NCBI RefSeq assembly: GCF_964213995.1
Contig: NC_135802.1
Coordinates: 107,012,001 to 107,076,000, forward strand
From: Mustelus asterias
Lineage: Eukaryota
Reading direction: 5' to 3'
Length of the DNA: 64,000 bases
Made by a program: the position numbers and the translations under genes. The notes beneath the pieces were generated by a model, which saw only the letters and a program-made list of their open reading frames with translations, did not search any database and was not told where the DNA came from. The first letter of the stretch is position 1, and the number at the start of each line of letters is the position of its first letter. This document shows positions 25,446 to 39,282 of the stretch, one piece after another.

Positions 25446-27956
25446 GATTAGACTGAGATTCCAAAGAGGCATTTCTCCTTCCTAACTTCGCCTTCTACGA
25501 GGAAAGCGACCAGGGCAGAATGCAGAGGTAAAATAAAACTCAAGTTCGAGTTTGGGAGCAGACACTTTGGTACAGTTTTAACAGGCCGGACAACTTTGCA
25601 AAACTAAATGGGACGTTTAGTTTCAACTTAAAAAGAAACTAACTGGAATTAATGTTCATCGTTTATTTCACACTCACAAACATACACACACACTTACTAT
25701 TATATTCTCACTTGTGTGATCTACATGCTTTGTACAGAGGGGTCTCAAGAGATTATTGTTGGGATACCAAGGTGAATGTTTGGATTTAGTTCAGCGAAAC
25801 AGATTTGTCTTAATTCTAAGAAGAATGCAGCTTCTATATGAACACGGACCTGTGTATGGGAGCCCTAGGAAAACGAATTGACTGTTGTGGACCAGCTGCA
25901 ATATAAAAACAAAGTAATAAAATGTGCGCATGCTTTAGATTAGGAAGCTTTCAGTGGCGCTCACTATCAATCACAAGTATTGGGTATATATATTTTTTAT
26001 CTTCAGTTACAATGAGTAGCAACCAGCCTGGTTCTTTTGTAACTGAACCTTCCGTCGGTGGGTGGGGGGGGGGGGGGGGTGGTGAGGCGATTTTGCGCGT
26101 CAATTCTCTAAACAATGCCTGCTCATCACCGCTTAGGGCACTGAAACTTGTCTATATGAAAGGCAGATTAAAACCTACATCTCTACAATAAATCCCTGTT
26201 TTGCCCCCCCATAAATAACGATGAGTAGTTCCCACCCCACCCTCCACTATCCCAAATGGAGAGCATGCATGTAAATATCCAACCTGGATTTCATTCTCAT
26301 AAAATGGCTGCTGATGGGCTCAAAGGCGTTTTTGTGTTAAATTCATAATCGCCACCAAAATAAGCAAGTGTGATTGAATTCTGTTTAGAATGTAAAGTTT
26401 GTACCTTTTTTGCCGTGGTACTCTCTGTATAAACACTTTACCGTTGAAAACATAGCTTGGAATAATACGATTTTTGAAAACAGGTTACTTTATGCTTGCT
26501 GAAGCAATCCGTGAGTGTTTACTTGTACTTGACATATTGTGCGTCGTCATTTGGAAATGCAGTTTTTACTTTTAACTTTTGAAAGAGGAGAGATACTATC
26601 CATGATGGCATACTTGAGCACAAAGTATTGTAAATATTAGGCTCTTTTGGTACAATATGAATGTGTATTTACAGTTTTAAATAGGATTAGGGTTTTAAAA
26701 ACTGCTGCTCATGCATCTATTATTTTCACGGATTCCTTCAAGAGATGACAAGTTTGCAGTACTTACAATATTGAAGCCATCTTTATCCGTGTGAACCAAA
26801 GACAGAAACTTATTTTCCTTGAACACATACGTGTTTTATTGCACAATGGTAACATTTCCTGTACTTCACCGTATAATCTTTTTATAGGCCGACATAGCTA
26901 TAGGCCGCATTGTACAACTATCGCCTACCCGTTACCTGATAACATATACCAGCCTTTAAAAATAGTTCTCTTTATTATACCAATTTAATTTAAATGTTTC
27001 GTTGTGGCCATTACCCTCATTAAAATAGGTGATTTCCTTGTACTTTTCACATAAAACGACAGACGACAGCGGCTGAGTGTTTGCCTTTGCCTTTTTTTGG
27101 GGGGGTGGGGGGTGGATAGGGGGATTATTTTAGATTAATCTGAAAAACACTGAAATGTATTAAGAAGGTTTGAATATGCACCGCAAACCGTGGTGCTTTT
27201 TTACATTAAACATTGAAATTTTGAAAAGAAATACAAATTCCTTGAAGGGGAGGTCTTAATCAAATGCTGTTTAATTAAATGTGATGCCGACATTTGCTTA
27301 ACATTTGTATATAATTTATATTTATCAGTTTGATTAAAAGGGTGTAAGATTTGCATGTATACTGTTCAGAGAGCGCACAGTGGGATGCAAGGTGGAAATT
27401 CTGCTTGTTCTGGAGGACGATCAATGTAGGCTTCTTCAACTTTGCTGGGTGTTCAAGGCGAAAACTAAAACACATGCAAAGAGCTGTATTATTGTGCATT
27501 TCATGTACGTAATAAACAATCATTAAAGCTGGATAACATTCCACATCATTCTATATACATGGGTATGCTTTTCTTTAGTTCACTTCCTGGAAACTTGGAA
27601 ATCCAAATCAGATTTTGGACAATGTAACACCAGTTCGCTTCTTAATGGCAGAATTGAACACAACTTGACAAAAAAAAGAGGTTGAATTGTCAGAATTCGG
27701 ATTAATTTAAACCTAATTTATTTTGCAAAGGCAAATGTTGATTCCGAAATTTGGATAATATCGCGAATTTGATTTCCCTTATTGGCAAACATTCCATTGT
27801 GTTTGATTGGGTTTGTAGGGGCCCTAGTTTAGCATTGACTGTAATAGCTTTCATTTGTACTACAATATTTTTTAATGCCAGTTTGCATTCTCTTTTCGTG
27901 CTTGTTTCCTGGCTTTGAACTTCTGTTGCGCCATGGACGTCACCTCTAACCTTGGT

Positions 27957-27978
27957 GGGGGGGGGGGGGGGGGGGGGG
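27957..27978. repeat. poly-G tract (G22)
   Basis: Directly visible homopolymer. Confidence 0.9.
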
Positions 27979-30900
27979 TAGTGAAGGGATAATCAGGCCT
28001 GAAGCTTCTACACACTGGTTAGACTCCCGCCGGAGGTAGCCGGAACCCGATACAATTTGTAAGAGTCTGACCAAGAGTTCGAGCGAGTTATGATCTGGCA
28101 TCATGGAAGTTTAATGTTGCATGCAAGGTTGTTTTAATAATGGATGATACTGGCTGTGATTAAAGATTTGAGCGTAGCTTTTAGCTCTATGAAAGAGGGA
28201 GTTGAGATCAGCGTTGTGCCGGATTAAGGGGCTGTGGCATTCAAAGCAAATGACAAGGGATCGTCTCTGTTGCTGTGGTTACTAACAGCAGGACAAGCTA
28301 TAAAGCCCGTTTAATGTGGCTCTTTGCATATTTGTAAGAAAACCGCAATATATTTAGAATTCCAAATGCGGTGGACATAATCAAATAATTCGATTTTAGC
28401 TGTTCTGACGTTCTAGGTATCATTTTGCGTCCGTTCTTGGGTTTTGTAGCTGCCACACTAGAGAACTGTGACAATGAATTAATTCAAAGGACGTTCAGTC
28501 CACATGGTGGCGCCATTTAGATCAATGTCAAAGCCGCTATAGGGCAGCAAAAAATCCATAAGCAGAAATACTTGGTCCATCGTTTTTCCAAAGCAGGAGT
28601 TCCAAAAGAAATATGTTCGTTTCTTAAATCCGAATCGAATGCTGAAGAACTTCGCAAGGTAAATTAAATCCAATAGGCCCGGAATATCCCAAAAGAGCTC
28701 CCAAATAATCGTTTTTGCTAACAAAGGTAGGTGAGTGGACTCCATGTAGACACAACATGGAGGTTTTATTCGACCCAAATCCACATAATAGTTTAAAGGT
28801 TTTTCAACCCGCTGGATAAATGTTACGACATCAGTGTCAACGAAATAAATATCACAGATTTTTTGTCTCAGCTAATGTAGCAATCAAAGATTAGAGAGCT
28901 GAAAGGTCCGTTTGAAATTTCTTTCATTTCGTCGGGAAACCCTCTGGGAAAGGGGGGCTGCCCGGTTTCATTTCACAGCAGACTGGAATGGAATTTTCCA
29001 ATGTAGGATAGTCGATACGATAAAGCTTACCGTTTAAGTAATACACTTTGGTAAGCCATTTTATAGCAGTAACAATATGAAATGCATATTGAAAGATTTG
29101 CTGGTCATGAAAGAAAGATTTGGTTCAGGAATTAAGCTTTTATTTTACATTTCCGTTTAATCCTACATTTTCTGTAGCACATTTTCACTTTTATAAAGTA
29201 TCAACAAAACGCTATCATGAAAAAACCGGCATGCCTGTTCTTAGAACTTGATGTGCAATGTTAAATTAAATTGATTTCTAACAACCCGGGCATTTTGTAT
29301 TTTCATGACGCGAATCCCTAAATGATCAGATGTGTTATTTAAAATCTCAGATAAAGTTCAAATATACTTACCCGTTGATCTTGGGTGTGGGGTTCAGTGT
29401 ACGGCGCGTTTCTGTAAGTTGTCTGCTGTCTTTTCATTGGGGTCTCCCGTTTATGGAAAAAAAAATCAACCCTTTATTTAAAGGAATAATCCATTCTGGC
29501 TTTATCTTTATCTGTTTCTTAAATATTGATTGGAAGTTAAAACTCCAACTGAACCGCCGAGATTGCCTGATGCACTAAGTTGAGATTTGCCGTTTCTATG
29601 CCAGATCGGGCAATGTTTGTTTCGCATCAGTTCAAAGTTAACTTTAAAATTTAAAGAATCATTGCACTTGTTGCAATTTTAGGGATATTGCTTTTTAAAA
29701 TCGATAGAACGCCAGCTTGTTTCTATTGCACGCACCAGAAGAAATTAAACGGTTAAATCAGGAATGAATGGAATGTATATTTACAGAGTATTTTCCTGCA
29801 TATTTTTTCATTCAAACGTTGAATGTTTTTTTTCAAATATGGACGACTAAATAACAAAGGCATTTAAATCAAAATAAAACAGCCTCAGATAAAGCAATGG
29901 GATGCAGAACATTTGACAGAAAATCATTTTAGTTCTGGAGTTATTAACTAAACAAACGCGATTTTAGAGCCGTTTTGAAGTAAATTTGTTGTGAACATTA
30001 TACCTGTTGGTCTTAAATTGCATGTGCAGGAAAACAAATCAAAATTGTCCTGTAGAACATCTCTTTCGGCAACGCTTCCCTCTAATAAACTGCCTAGCTA
30101 AAGTTACCCGAACAAACTATATGCAACAACTATTATTGTGTTCATTTTTATGTAGTATATGCATTGGAAGTAAAATGTGTATATAATGTATTTTTGTTCA
30201 CTGTGCTTCCGTGTATACATGTGTAAATTTACGTGACTGTGTTTATCTAGTGAAAGATTTGGTTAAAAAAAAAGCTATGCATGAATTGCTGTCTGGTTTT
30301 AATCCGAGTTTTTGCTTTAGTTAAATTGCAACTGACTTCGTTTCTAAATCCGAATAATGTTCAGACTGTAGATTTGCAATATATTTTCTCCCTCTCAAAT
30401 CATCTCTTTGTTTTAGACGATATGACAAAAACGACATCTTCCAATTCTTACGGTGCTTGTTATTTTAATAAAATGATAGCTAGTGTTCGATGCATGTTAT
30501 GAAGCATAATCCCATCAAGAATCAGTATAACCTCAATATTTAATGCATCTGAGCCAGAAGCTGAGGCGAATTCAGCTCACAGCGCCCCCTGGGTCTAAGA
30601 TCAGCACTTGCACAACAGCACACAAGTGATTCATTCTGGGTTTGCTTGCTGTAAAAGGTGTAATCTGGCATTGAATAACTAAATTATTTTGATAATCAGA
30701 AGTTAATAAATGCAATTAATAAGAGGGTTCTGTTTCTGCGGGCAGTCGTTACCTTTACTCCCACAATAACCATATATTGGCAATGGTAGCCTATTTGTAA
30801 GAGGTTATATATTTAAAAAGAGACGCCTTCAGCAATCTCCCTTTACTTTTGTTCGGAACATAGGATTACGTGTTCCAAAAAAACGTCTCATAGATAACAA

Positions 30901-33900
30901 TTGCCAAAATAGAAACATCTTAAGTGTATGCAAGTATTAAACAGTTCGTTAAATAGGTCAGGGGTTTCTCAAGTTATAACTGGATAAATCCCCCCCAAAA
31001 ACCGGAGAAACAGTGAAGATTTTACACGTGAGATTGCCAACACTTTGCAACTGTGAAGAATGAATAAGAAACAGTAAGAGGAACTAAAGAACAAACATTA
31101 GCCCCGACCTGCCGCTGTGAGCTTCAATTTAACTATTCGGAAAATAGAACCGTCTAGACATCTCAAAGTTAATTGCACATTCATCGATTTTTTTTTAGAT
31201 TAGCCAATTTCTTCTTTTGCGATTTCAGAGAAAACGCACGGTAACCGCTTTTCATTTTGTGCAGCTAGTAAAATTTTATAATCATTCATATTCAAGGACA
31301 TTTTCGAGTTAGCGCCCTAACACGTTGCTTTGCATGCAAACTTCCGCAGTGTAACAACTGAACTCCGCAAGAGAAATAATAATGTGTGTTAACAAATATT
31401 TCGCTAAAGAACAGCCTTGTTTCTATAGCAGTGAATTGCCAAAAAAAAGATAGCTCTGGTTACAGTAGGTTCTTTGTTTAGAAGAGGGAAATGTAATAGT
31501 GAAAGGTTAGCGTTTACTTTATTCTGGATCATTGAAGCTATATATTAAACAGAAATAGCATGTGCACACTTCATATTTGAAGACGTTACGCTGCATTTTG
31601 CTGTAAGACATTTGTCATTCCGTTATGTTATTGAGCGATTTTAGATTGAGCATTGATACCACAAATCCTTCTTTGTTCTGAGGTATCAAACTATTGAATG
31701 ATAGCGTTCCAATCAGTGCAGTTCTACACAGGAGACTAATGTGAGAAATTTGTTGTAATTGTATATTTTACGCCGAGACTTTATTTTCGATGTGGCACAT
31801 AACATGGGCATTCTTTTGGTTTGTGACCTGACCCCCGCTGCGTCACCTTCACCGTGGCCTAAGTGACTGAATCGCAGTATTTTGGGGGTGTTGGGAGGGG
31901 GGGGGGGGAATAAACCCAATGGACAATTCAATCAGCGGATTTCAATAACGCTGTGCACCAATTTACATAGAATAACGCCAAATAAAATCAGAATTCGTGG
32001 ATCTGATTGTAAATTATATAAATTAACATCAAGTTACCTTCCCAAATAAACCGCTCCGTATTTCAACAAAATCCAATCAAAACCTCTTTAATTCTAAAGC
32101 GACATGGAAGGATATATCTGAGCGTGTCGGCGCTTTTCTGTCTTTATGTTCATGTGTTTTGTATGTGTGGTTTCTGCAAATGTGAACATTTTTCACCTGT
32201 ATTCTTTGAAGGGAAATTAGCGTCTGAATCATTGAAAGACTTTTTTTAAAAGGGAAACCGGTATCAACGTGTCATTCATAATACTGCACAGGAAACAATT
32301 CACTCTATTCAGCCTAGATAATAGATTTTAAACCCTGACAACAAGGTCCCCCCCCCCCCCCCCCGCCCGACCCTATTTCCATCGGAACATTACTTTGAGT
32401 TGCTGGAAAAGTTTTTAATTGAACAGCTTTGAGTGACAGAAACTGTTGCTGATATATAAAATGTGTAAATGGTTCCAGTTTTCACCAGGAGCGTAAACCA
32501 TCAACTTCACATTTAGAACGTTTACCTTGTGAAATGTCATGCATTGTTCATATTCGGACTCGGTGGATTCATTTCGAATCACAAACTTCCATCGCTATCC
32601 CTTTGTTTTCATTGCTTAAGTGGATTCCTAGTAGATAATTGTAGAAAAAGTAAAATTGCTGAACGGAAATCGCTTAAGATAAAACAAATTAATGTATTCA
32701 TATTTTACTCCAGACATTTCCACTGATCTATTTAAGCAAATATGTTTTATTATTTACTGGGATTAATATTATCATACCAACGCGCGTTAAACAGTCATGT
32801 GCCCATTTCTGTTGTATTTTATGTTTTAATCGGTCTTGCTGTGAACGGTAGAAGTATTTCACCCTGCTTTCTGATTCGATTCCCGTTTCTTTCTGTTGGA
32901 ATGCATCTGTTAAAAGATTGTTTAAGCAACACTGTTTGCTTCTCTCAGTTTTAAACCATCTTTTGTTTAGTCTGAGCAATAAGTGCCCCCAAAACTATTC
33001 ATCGGTTCCCCTGCAATTGAGTGCGGTTGCGACAATTTAACAAATTATTTAGAATGATAGATTTAAGATAAAGGAAGCTTGAAGCGATTCCAACATGGAC
33101 AAGTTCTTTGCCTTTTGATTTCAATGCTCTTGACTGCGGTCTGTGTCCTTTAGATTGTGCTTTAAGAAGAAACTCTGTATAAGATTCCCATTGGGAAACT
33201 TTTAAAAATTAACTCCAGGACAGTTTGCTCCTTTTTTAATGTACTTTGTGTTTTAAACTTCAAATGTAAAAAAAAGAAACACTAATACCGTGGGGTTGTC
33301 AGTCTTCAGTGCTTTTATCCATAAATAATTTACACACATTCATAAAGTTTACTTTTTAAAAAGATCCATCTACAAAAGCACTGCGACGGACAAACTGTAC
33401 ATGGGTCTCAGATGCCTGTAAACTCTTTTAATATATAGCAAGTAAAAAGGGCGCCATTGTTTTCAGATTAATTTTTGACGCACAAAACACTTATTTCTCT
33501 TCGAGCTAGCCAGCGAATCATGGAAAATTATATTTTTTAAAAGAAAAAGGGGATATATGTTAAAATAAAGTAATCGATGGCAAGTACTGGCTCTAGTTGC
33601 TCGACTGAAAAGAACTCGCTGCGCACATACAATGGCGCGTACACTTGAAGAGTGAGGCGATTTAAAAAAAGACTTCACAAAGTGTTTCATACATTTTGTT
33701 AATGAAATCAGAGGCAAATAATTGCAAGTAAGCTCACTCCGGGCGGCAAGAGGTGGATATATGAGACTTCTCTTTGGACCTTTATTTAGGAAAGCACAGT
33801 GAAATACTCATTCTGTCTGACTTTCAGTCTTAAGTTCACGATCTAGGCTAAGAACGAGCTCGAGCTCTGAGTGCGGTCAGCCTGCTCTGTTCAGGCTTTG

Positions 33901-36687
33901 AAATCACTTATTTACCAGAGACCCGCCGCTCACTCCACTGATTTCTATCTTCGCTCTTACACCGCTGGCAGGACTACATATCTTTTACCTCGTTCAATGC
34001 AATGTTTCAAGACGTTTGTTTATTGCTGGAGCGCTGAAGGAGAAATGGAGAAATCATGTAATAACCACGATCAATAGAGTTTGGAGATGAGAAAATTGTC
34101 TTTGTTGTTCTTTCTTATGTCAAGGGGAATGTGTTAAACGCCAAAATAAACGTATAACATGCGGGTTTAGGCGGGATCAAAAGCTTTTTCTTATATATAT
34201 ATTTTGTGACGTTACATGATCAAGCCATTTTTCTGCCCCTACTCTTCCTCGGCAGAGTTAATCATATTTCTTGACTGTTAGCAATGTCGTAATTAGAACT
34301 TACGGCACCTTAGAAACTAGGAAAGAAACTTTTCCCCAGCAAATGCTTCCTGCTTCAATTACTTCCCAGAGCGTGGCTTTTTAATGTATACAGGAGTCAC
34401 ACGGCCCTCGCCCCGTTCCTACCAATAAAGTTCGGAAAGGGCAGGAGTGCCCTTAGAAACTGCAGCAACCAATCTACTATCCACATTACAGTTTTACTGG
34501 GAAATTGGGTTATAAACATTTAAGTCCAACACTACCAAAAAAGTACACGAAAAAAATTATCCAAACATGGAATCAATGATATATTTACCATCAGAACCCA
34601 GATAAATAGCCTGCCTTCAACACATAAACGCGCTGCTAGTTAGCATTGTACAGTAGCTTGAGTCTTTATATATGAGACTCTGGTATAGATGACAATTGTT
34701 ATTTCCCTCCCATTAAATCTCCGTATGCTCCCATGATCATACGTGTCATAGGCACAGTGGGACTGCAAAAGGGAAATTTTCTTTTTTTTTGATAAAGTTT
34801 TTTTATAGGGTTTCTAGACGACCCTGATAATTCTAAGCAGTTGCTAAAAAGAAAACATGCAAGAATAAGGAATCCTCTGAGGCGGCCCCTTAGCAAACAC
34901 GCTGCGTGCAAAGCCGGCCTTCATATCCCGCTGACTTTACTACAAACGATATTTTCAATAACCTGCTTTAGATTAGCAACATTTTCTGAGCTTTAATCCA
35001 GCGCCAGGAGTTAAAATAACAACAATGGGGATGGTAGTGTAGAGATGAGGCTTGCTGATGTTGGGGGCGAATTCGAGGGCGCTTTAAAATGAACTCGCAG
35101 TAAAACGCAGCAACGCCAGAGACTGAAGATTAAGTCCTTTGTCACTGTGAAATCACACTGTTTACTCCCGATCCCAACCTAAAGGCTACTTCTGCGGGCG
35201 TCATTAGTGGCTGCACTTGATTGCAGAGGTGGCCGAACAAAATACAACTAACAAGTCGCCAGTTCGGAATCGCATTGATATATGTCACATTGTACAAAAA
35301 TGCCACAAAATCATTAATTCGAAGAAAAACTGTGCGCTTACATTAATAAACATACACGTTTCCTTTAGCCAAAATGTTACTTTTTGGGGATATGGTGGTG
35401 AGCTAGCATACTTCTTAATTTCTTTATCACTTAGCTTCTACCGGCCCCAGTAATAGGGATAAAAGTGTCACTTTGTCTATATTTGTCCTTGAACGCTACC
35501 TCATTCCGAAAAAAAGGGTTCACAAACCGAAGCTCCCTCTTCCCTCCTGAAGCAGGCAGGGTAATTGCAGTTTTCTTTTCTGACTTTATTTTCTAAAGTT
35601 ACCTTTCGGATAGGGTGGCGAGAGAAACTCTGGATGAAGCTTCTGTTCGGCGCCTTATTTCAAATGTGACCGGTTTGTAGTTGAGCGCCTTGTAAAATTC
35701 TGTTTAACAATGTTGTTTCCCCTTTTTGAGACGAAATGATTAGATCGATTTTATAGATGTGTTAAATGCTGTCTACTGTAGCCCAGCCAGCGGAAGAACA
35801 CATGGTTAAAACATTTTGAAAGAAATGTTTCGATTTCTTGAAATGGCAAGTATGAAATATCAGAAATGGTCAAGGTTCAATCAACTTCTAATATGCAATG
35901 CTGGTGAAATAGAAGAGGAAAGATAATAAATGGGTTATGTTACTTTATTAGTTTGTTGTCACTGACCTTCTACACTTAACCTACAGAGCTACAGCACGTT
36001 GCATTAACCTACTAAACTTTAGACTACAAACATCAAACCAGAAATGCAATCTAGCGGCTGTATGTTCAGACCATGCATCACAGAATAGTACTGGAAGTAA
36101 CAATCAGCAAAGCCCCAGCGTGGATCACAATTATAGTGATCACTGTGGAAATGTAGCAGCAACCGGCAAACTAATCACAGGCAGACCCGTGAAAGTCAAG
36201 ATTACTCATGTTTTCTCGCCTGTAGCCGCCAGGGAATCTTAGCGTGTGATTATAATTGCCTAATGTTGGGCTGAAACTTTCCTTTTTTTACCAACTTCAT
36301 CTGTGAATAATTTAAAATAATAAACGGATTGCTACTATGACTCAGTAACGCCGCGTTAAGTCTTGCTGAAAGTTCTGGTGATAGCCTGTTACACATTGGA
36401 GCCCCGCTTTATTTTATTTGAAGGACGTGATTCTAATAAAGTAGAACCGAGTAAATAAAGATGCATTTAGACGCTTTTGCAGTTTACCGATTACATATGG
36501 TGACCTTATTGCAGTTGTAGTGACGCAGCCCTCCATGGAGGAGGGGCTTGTGTCCAACTGTGCCATTCGATTGGCTCATCCCGCCTGTCGTGCTGCGGAG
36601 GTATCTCTAATCATATTCAGCGTGTTTGCACAAGAAATGTCAGCCTGAACTGGATATCTTCTGCTTTCGCCAAATTACCCCACAACA

Positions 36688-37447
36688 ATGTCATGCTCAG
36701 ACAGCCCGTCTGCAAACTCCTTTTTAGTAGATTCTCTGATCAGCGTGGGCCGTGGCGGGGAAGGAACCTATTACCCCAACAGCAGCGTGTACCTGCCGCC
36801 TGCCTCTGAGCTCCCTTACGGCACCCAGAACTGTGGACTTTTCCCATCTCTGAGCAAACGCAGCGAGAACAACTCTCAGAGTATGGTCCTGACTTCTCAT
36901 CCTTACATGAGCGGGATGGAAGTCTGGTCAGATCCCCCAAGGTCCTGTCGCATGGAGCAACCTGCAACCCAGCAAGTAGCAGCCTGTTCCTTCCCCCAGA
37001 ATATCAAAGAAGAGAATGCATACTGTTTATATGATTCTGAGAAATGTCCCAAAAGCGCAACAGCAACAGATCTTTCCACGTTCCCAAGGCTAACATCAGA
37101 TTCGTGCTCCAATAGTGACACGACTACTAGCGGCGGGGTTCCTGTCCCTGGCTATTTCCGTCTGTCCCAAGCCTATCCGACATCCAAACAGACACTTTAT
37201 AACAACACGGGGCAGGTTGGGGCCTCTCCATTCGTACCCCAGTCCCAGATCCGTTTTGGAACACCCCCTTCTTCAGCTTCGACCCCGACTGAGTTGGGGA
37301 GGAAAGGAAGTGAGGGGACATCCCCCGGTCATTTAACCTGCAGTTCGGAAAGAGAAGAAGCAGAAGCTCCGGCTTCTTCCGCCAACGAAGAGTCATCTCC
37401 AGTCCCTTCAGAAAGCAGTAAAAACTCTCCTGAGAAAGAAACAAAAG
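36688..37447 (+). CDS. HoxA10: Homeobox protein Hox-A10, exon 1 (CDS join 36688..37447,39008..39282; 344 aa)
   Basis: MSCSDSPSANSFLVDSLI, NIKEENAYCLYD and VPVPGYFRLSQAY are PG10 motifs. Donor AAAG|GTAGGT at 37448, phase 1. Confidence 0.96.
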
Positions 37448-37472
37448 GTAGGTAAATAAGAGGCAGGGTTGC

Positions 37473-37494
37473 GGGGGGGGGGGGGGGGGGGGGG
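37473..37494. repeat. poly-G tract (G22) in the HoxA10 intron
   Basis: Directly visible homopolymer starting 25 nt into the intron. Confidence 0.9.
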
Positions 37495-39007
37495 TGGAAT
37501 TTATACAGCCAGCACTCAGAAACGGGTAGACGTGGCAGGTACAGCCAACAAGCGTAACAAAGGGGGTTTTATTCTGACCTTGTGAACTTTTTATTTTTGG
37601 GCGTGAGCTATGCTGTAAAAATTAATGCCTACTATAGTTTATAGCACGGGCCCACGCTCCGGAGTCAATTGTAGCCACATTCTAAACTTGTCAGATAAGT
37701 TACAAACCACGAATCCTTTCTGCAGTTATTTAAGCGGACCGCATAGAAGGACATATTTGCACACAGGGTCCAAAGTAAACACAGCACAGCCAATAAATAA
37801 TACTCAAAGGGACCCAGTGATGTTTTATGTCCCAGCGCTCTTTTTGAGAAAAAACATACAAAAAGAGAAAAGTTTTCCCAAAGTAGGAAAAGCTGAAACT
37901 CTCATCTTGTACTATCTGATGTTTGTTACTGTCTTCCCAGTGCAGACCTATTTTATCCGTCTTAGTTTAAAAAAAACACATCTGAACTTACAAATATGTT
38001 TTAGTCGTTAGTTAGATTTGACATTGTCTGAAATCCAGGTGGAGATGTCGCCACAGAAAGATTAGCATTTTGGGGACAATTTTAGTCTTAACTTTAACGA
38101 ACTTGCGCAGGAACCATTTTATAAAGTCATTTCAAATAAGATGAAACAATTAGGTCTTGGAAAGGGTTGAATACATTCCAGCGATGGGGAAAACACTCCA
38201 AACTGTTGCATTTGAATTCTTCACGTAAACGCAAAACTTTGCTTCACTTACTTAGACTAAAGCAATAGATAAACGCAGATTTTGAACGTGGAGAGAAAGC
38301 GGGCAGAAAGCAAGTTGGAAATAATACTACAAAGGAAGACATCTCAGACAATGCCTCCTGGAGCTAAGCAAAATATTGAATTTTACCGATAATTTCAGTA
38401 AAACAGCCCCAGCAGTAGATAACTAATTATTAAGCCACTTTAAAAAGGAGAATGAACGAGATTCTTGTGGAATAAAATGAAACCAGACAGTACCAACTTC
38501 AAGTATTCAACAAGCTCAGTAATCATTTCAAAGAAACCTTTCAGCGTCAAAAGAGAGTTTGCAAACTGATATCGTCTTCAGTTTAAATGCAGCTGAAACT
38601 CACTTTCACACTATCTTTTGCAGACTCGTTTGAGCCCTAAAGTAATTAATGTGTTATCTTTTGCGGTCCATGTGGATATGCATAAAGCGTGCTGACAAAT
38701 AGCGAAGCTGTACAATACTAACTAAAATGCAGTAGCATAGAATCCAAACAGAACGTTGAAAATTGGGAGATGTAACATTTAAGTACTTCATAACGCATCT
38801 TAAAATGTTTAGGTTTAGTGACACTTTAGCGTGATGGGTGCAGTATAGTCATCACATGTAGGCTTATATTGAAATTGTATTGCAAAACATGATAAACTTT
38901 CTTCTCTTTCTCTCTCTCTTCATCTTTTATCTCGACTACCTCTATTTATCTTTCTATTGGGTTTCTTGTTTTCTCTCTCTCTCTCATTCTCACCCTTCAC
39001 TTATTAG

Positions 39008-39282
39008 GGGAGGTGAAAGCTGAAAACGGGGCGAACTGGCTGACTGCAAAGAGTGGCAGAAAAAAACGATGCCCTTACACCAAACATCAGACCCTGGAAC
39101 TGGAGAAAGAGTTTCTCTTCAACATGTACCTGACTCGAGAGCGTCGCCTAGAGATTAGCCGCAGTGTCCACCTGACTGACAGACAGGTCAAAATCTGGTT
39201 TCAAAATCGCAGGATGAAACTCAAGAAAATGAATCGTGAGAACAGGATTCGGGAGCTTACAGCTAACTTCAGCTTCTCATGA
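39008..39282 (+). CDS. HoxA10: Hox-A10, exon 2 (homeodomain)
   Basis: A long pyrimidine tract precedes the acceptor ttattag| ending at 39007. Encodes [83 protein letters not shown], then stop. Confidence 0.97.

Noticed and set aside
3089-28394. Exact 16-nt match AATCAAATAATTCGAT at 3089-3104 and 28379-28394
   Set aside because: About one such AT-rich match is expected by chance in 64 kb, and the flanks do not extend.
20928-28516. Forward-orientation CTCF-like words (CATGTAGGTGGCGT near 20930, GACAGATGGTGCC near 21121, CCACATGGTGGCGC near 28500)
   Set aside because: They have mismatches at core positions and no supporting upstream motif, so they are too weak without PWM or ChIP data.
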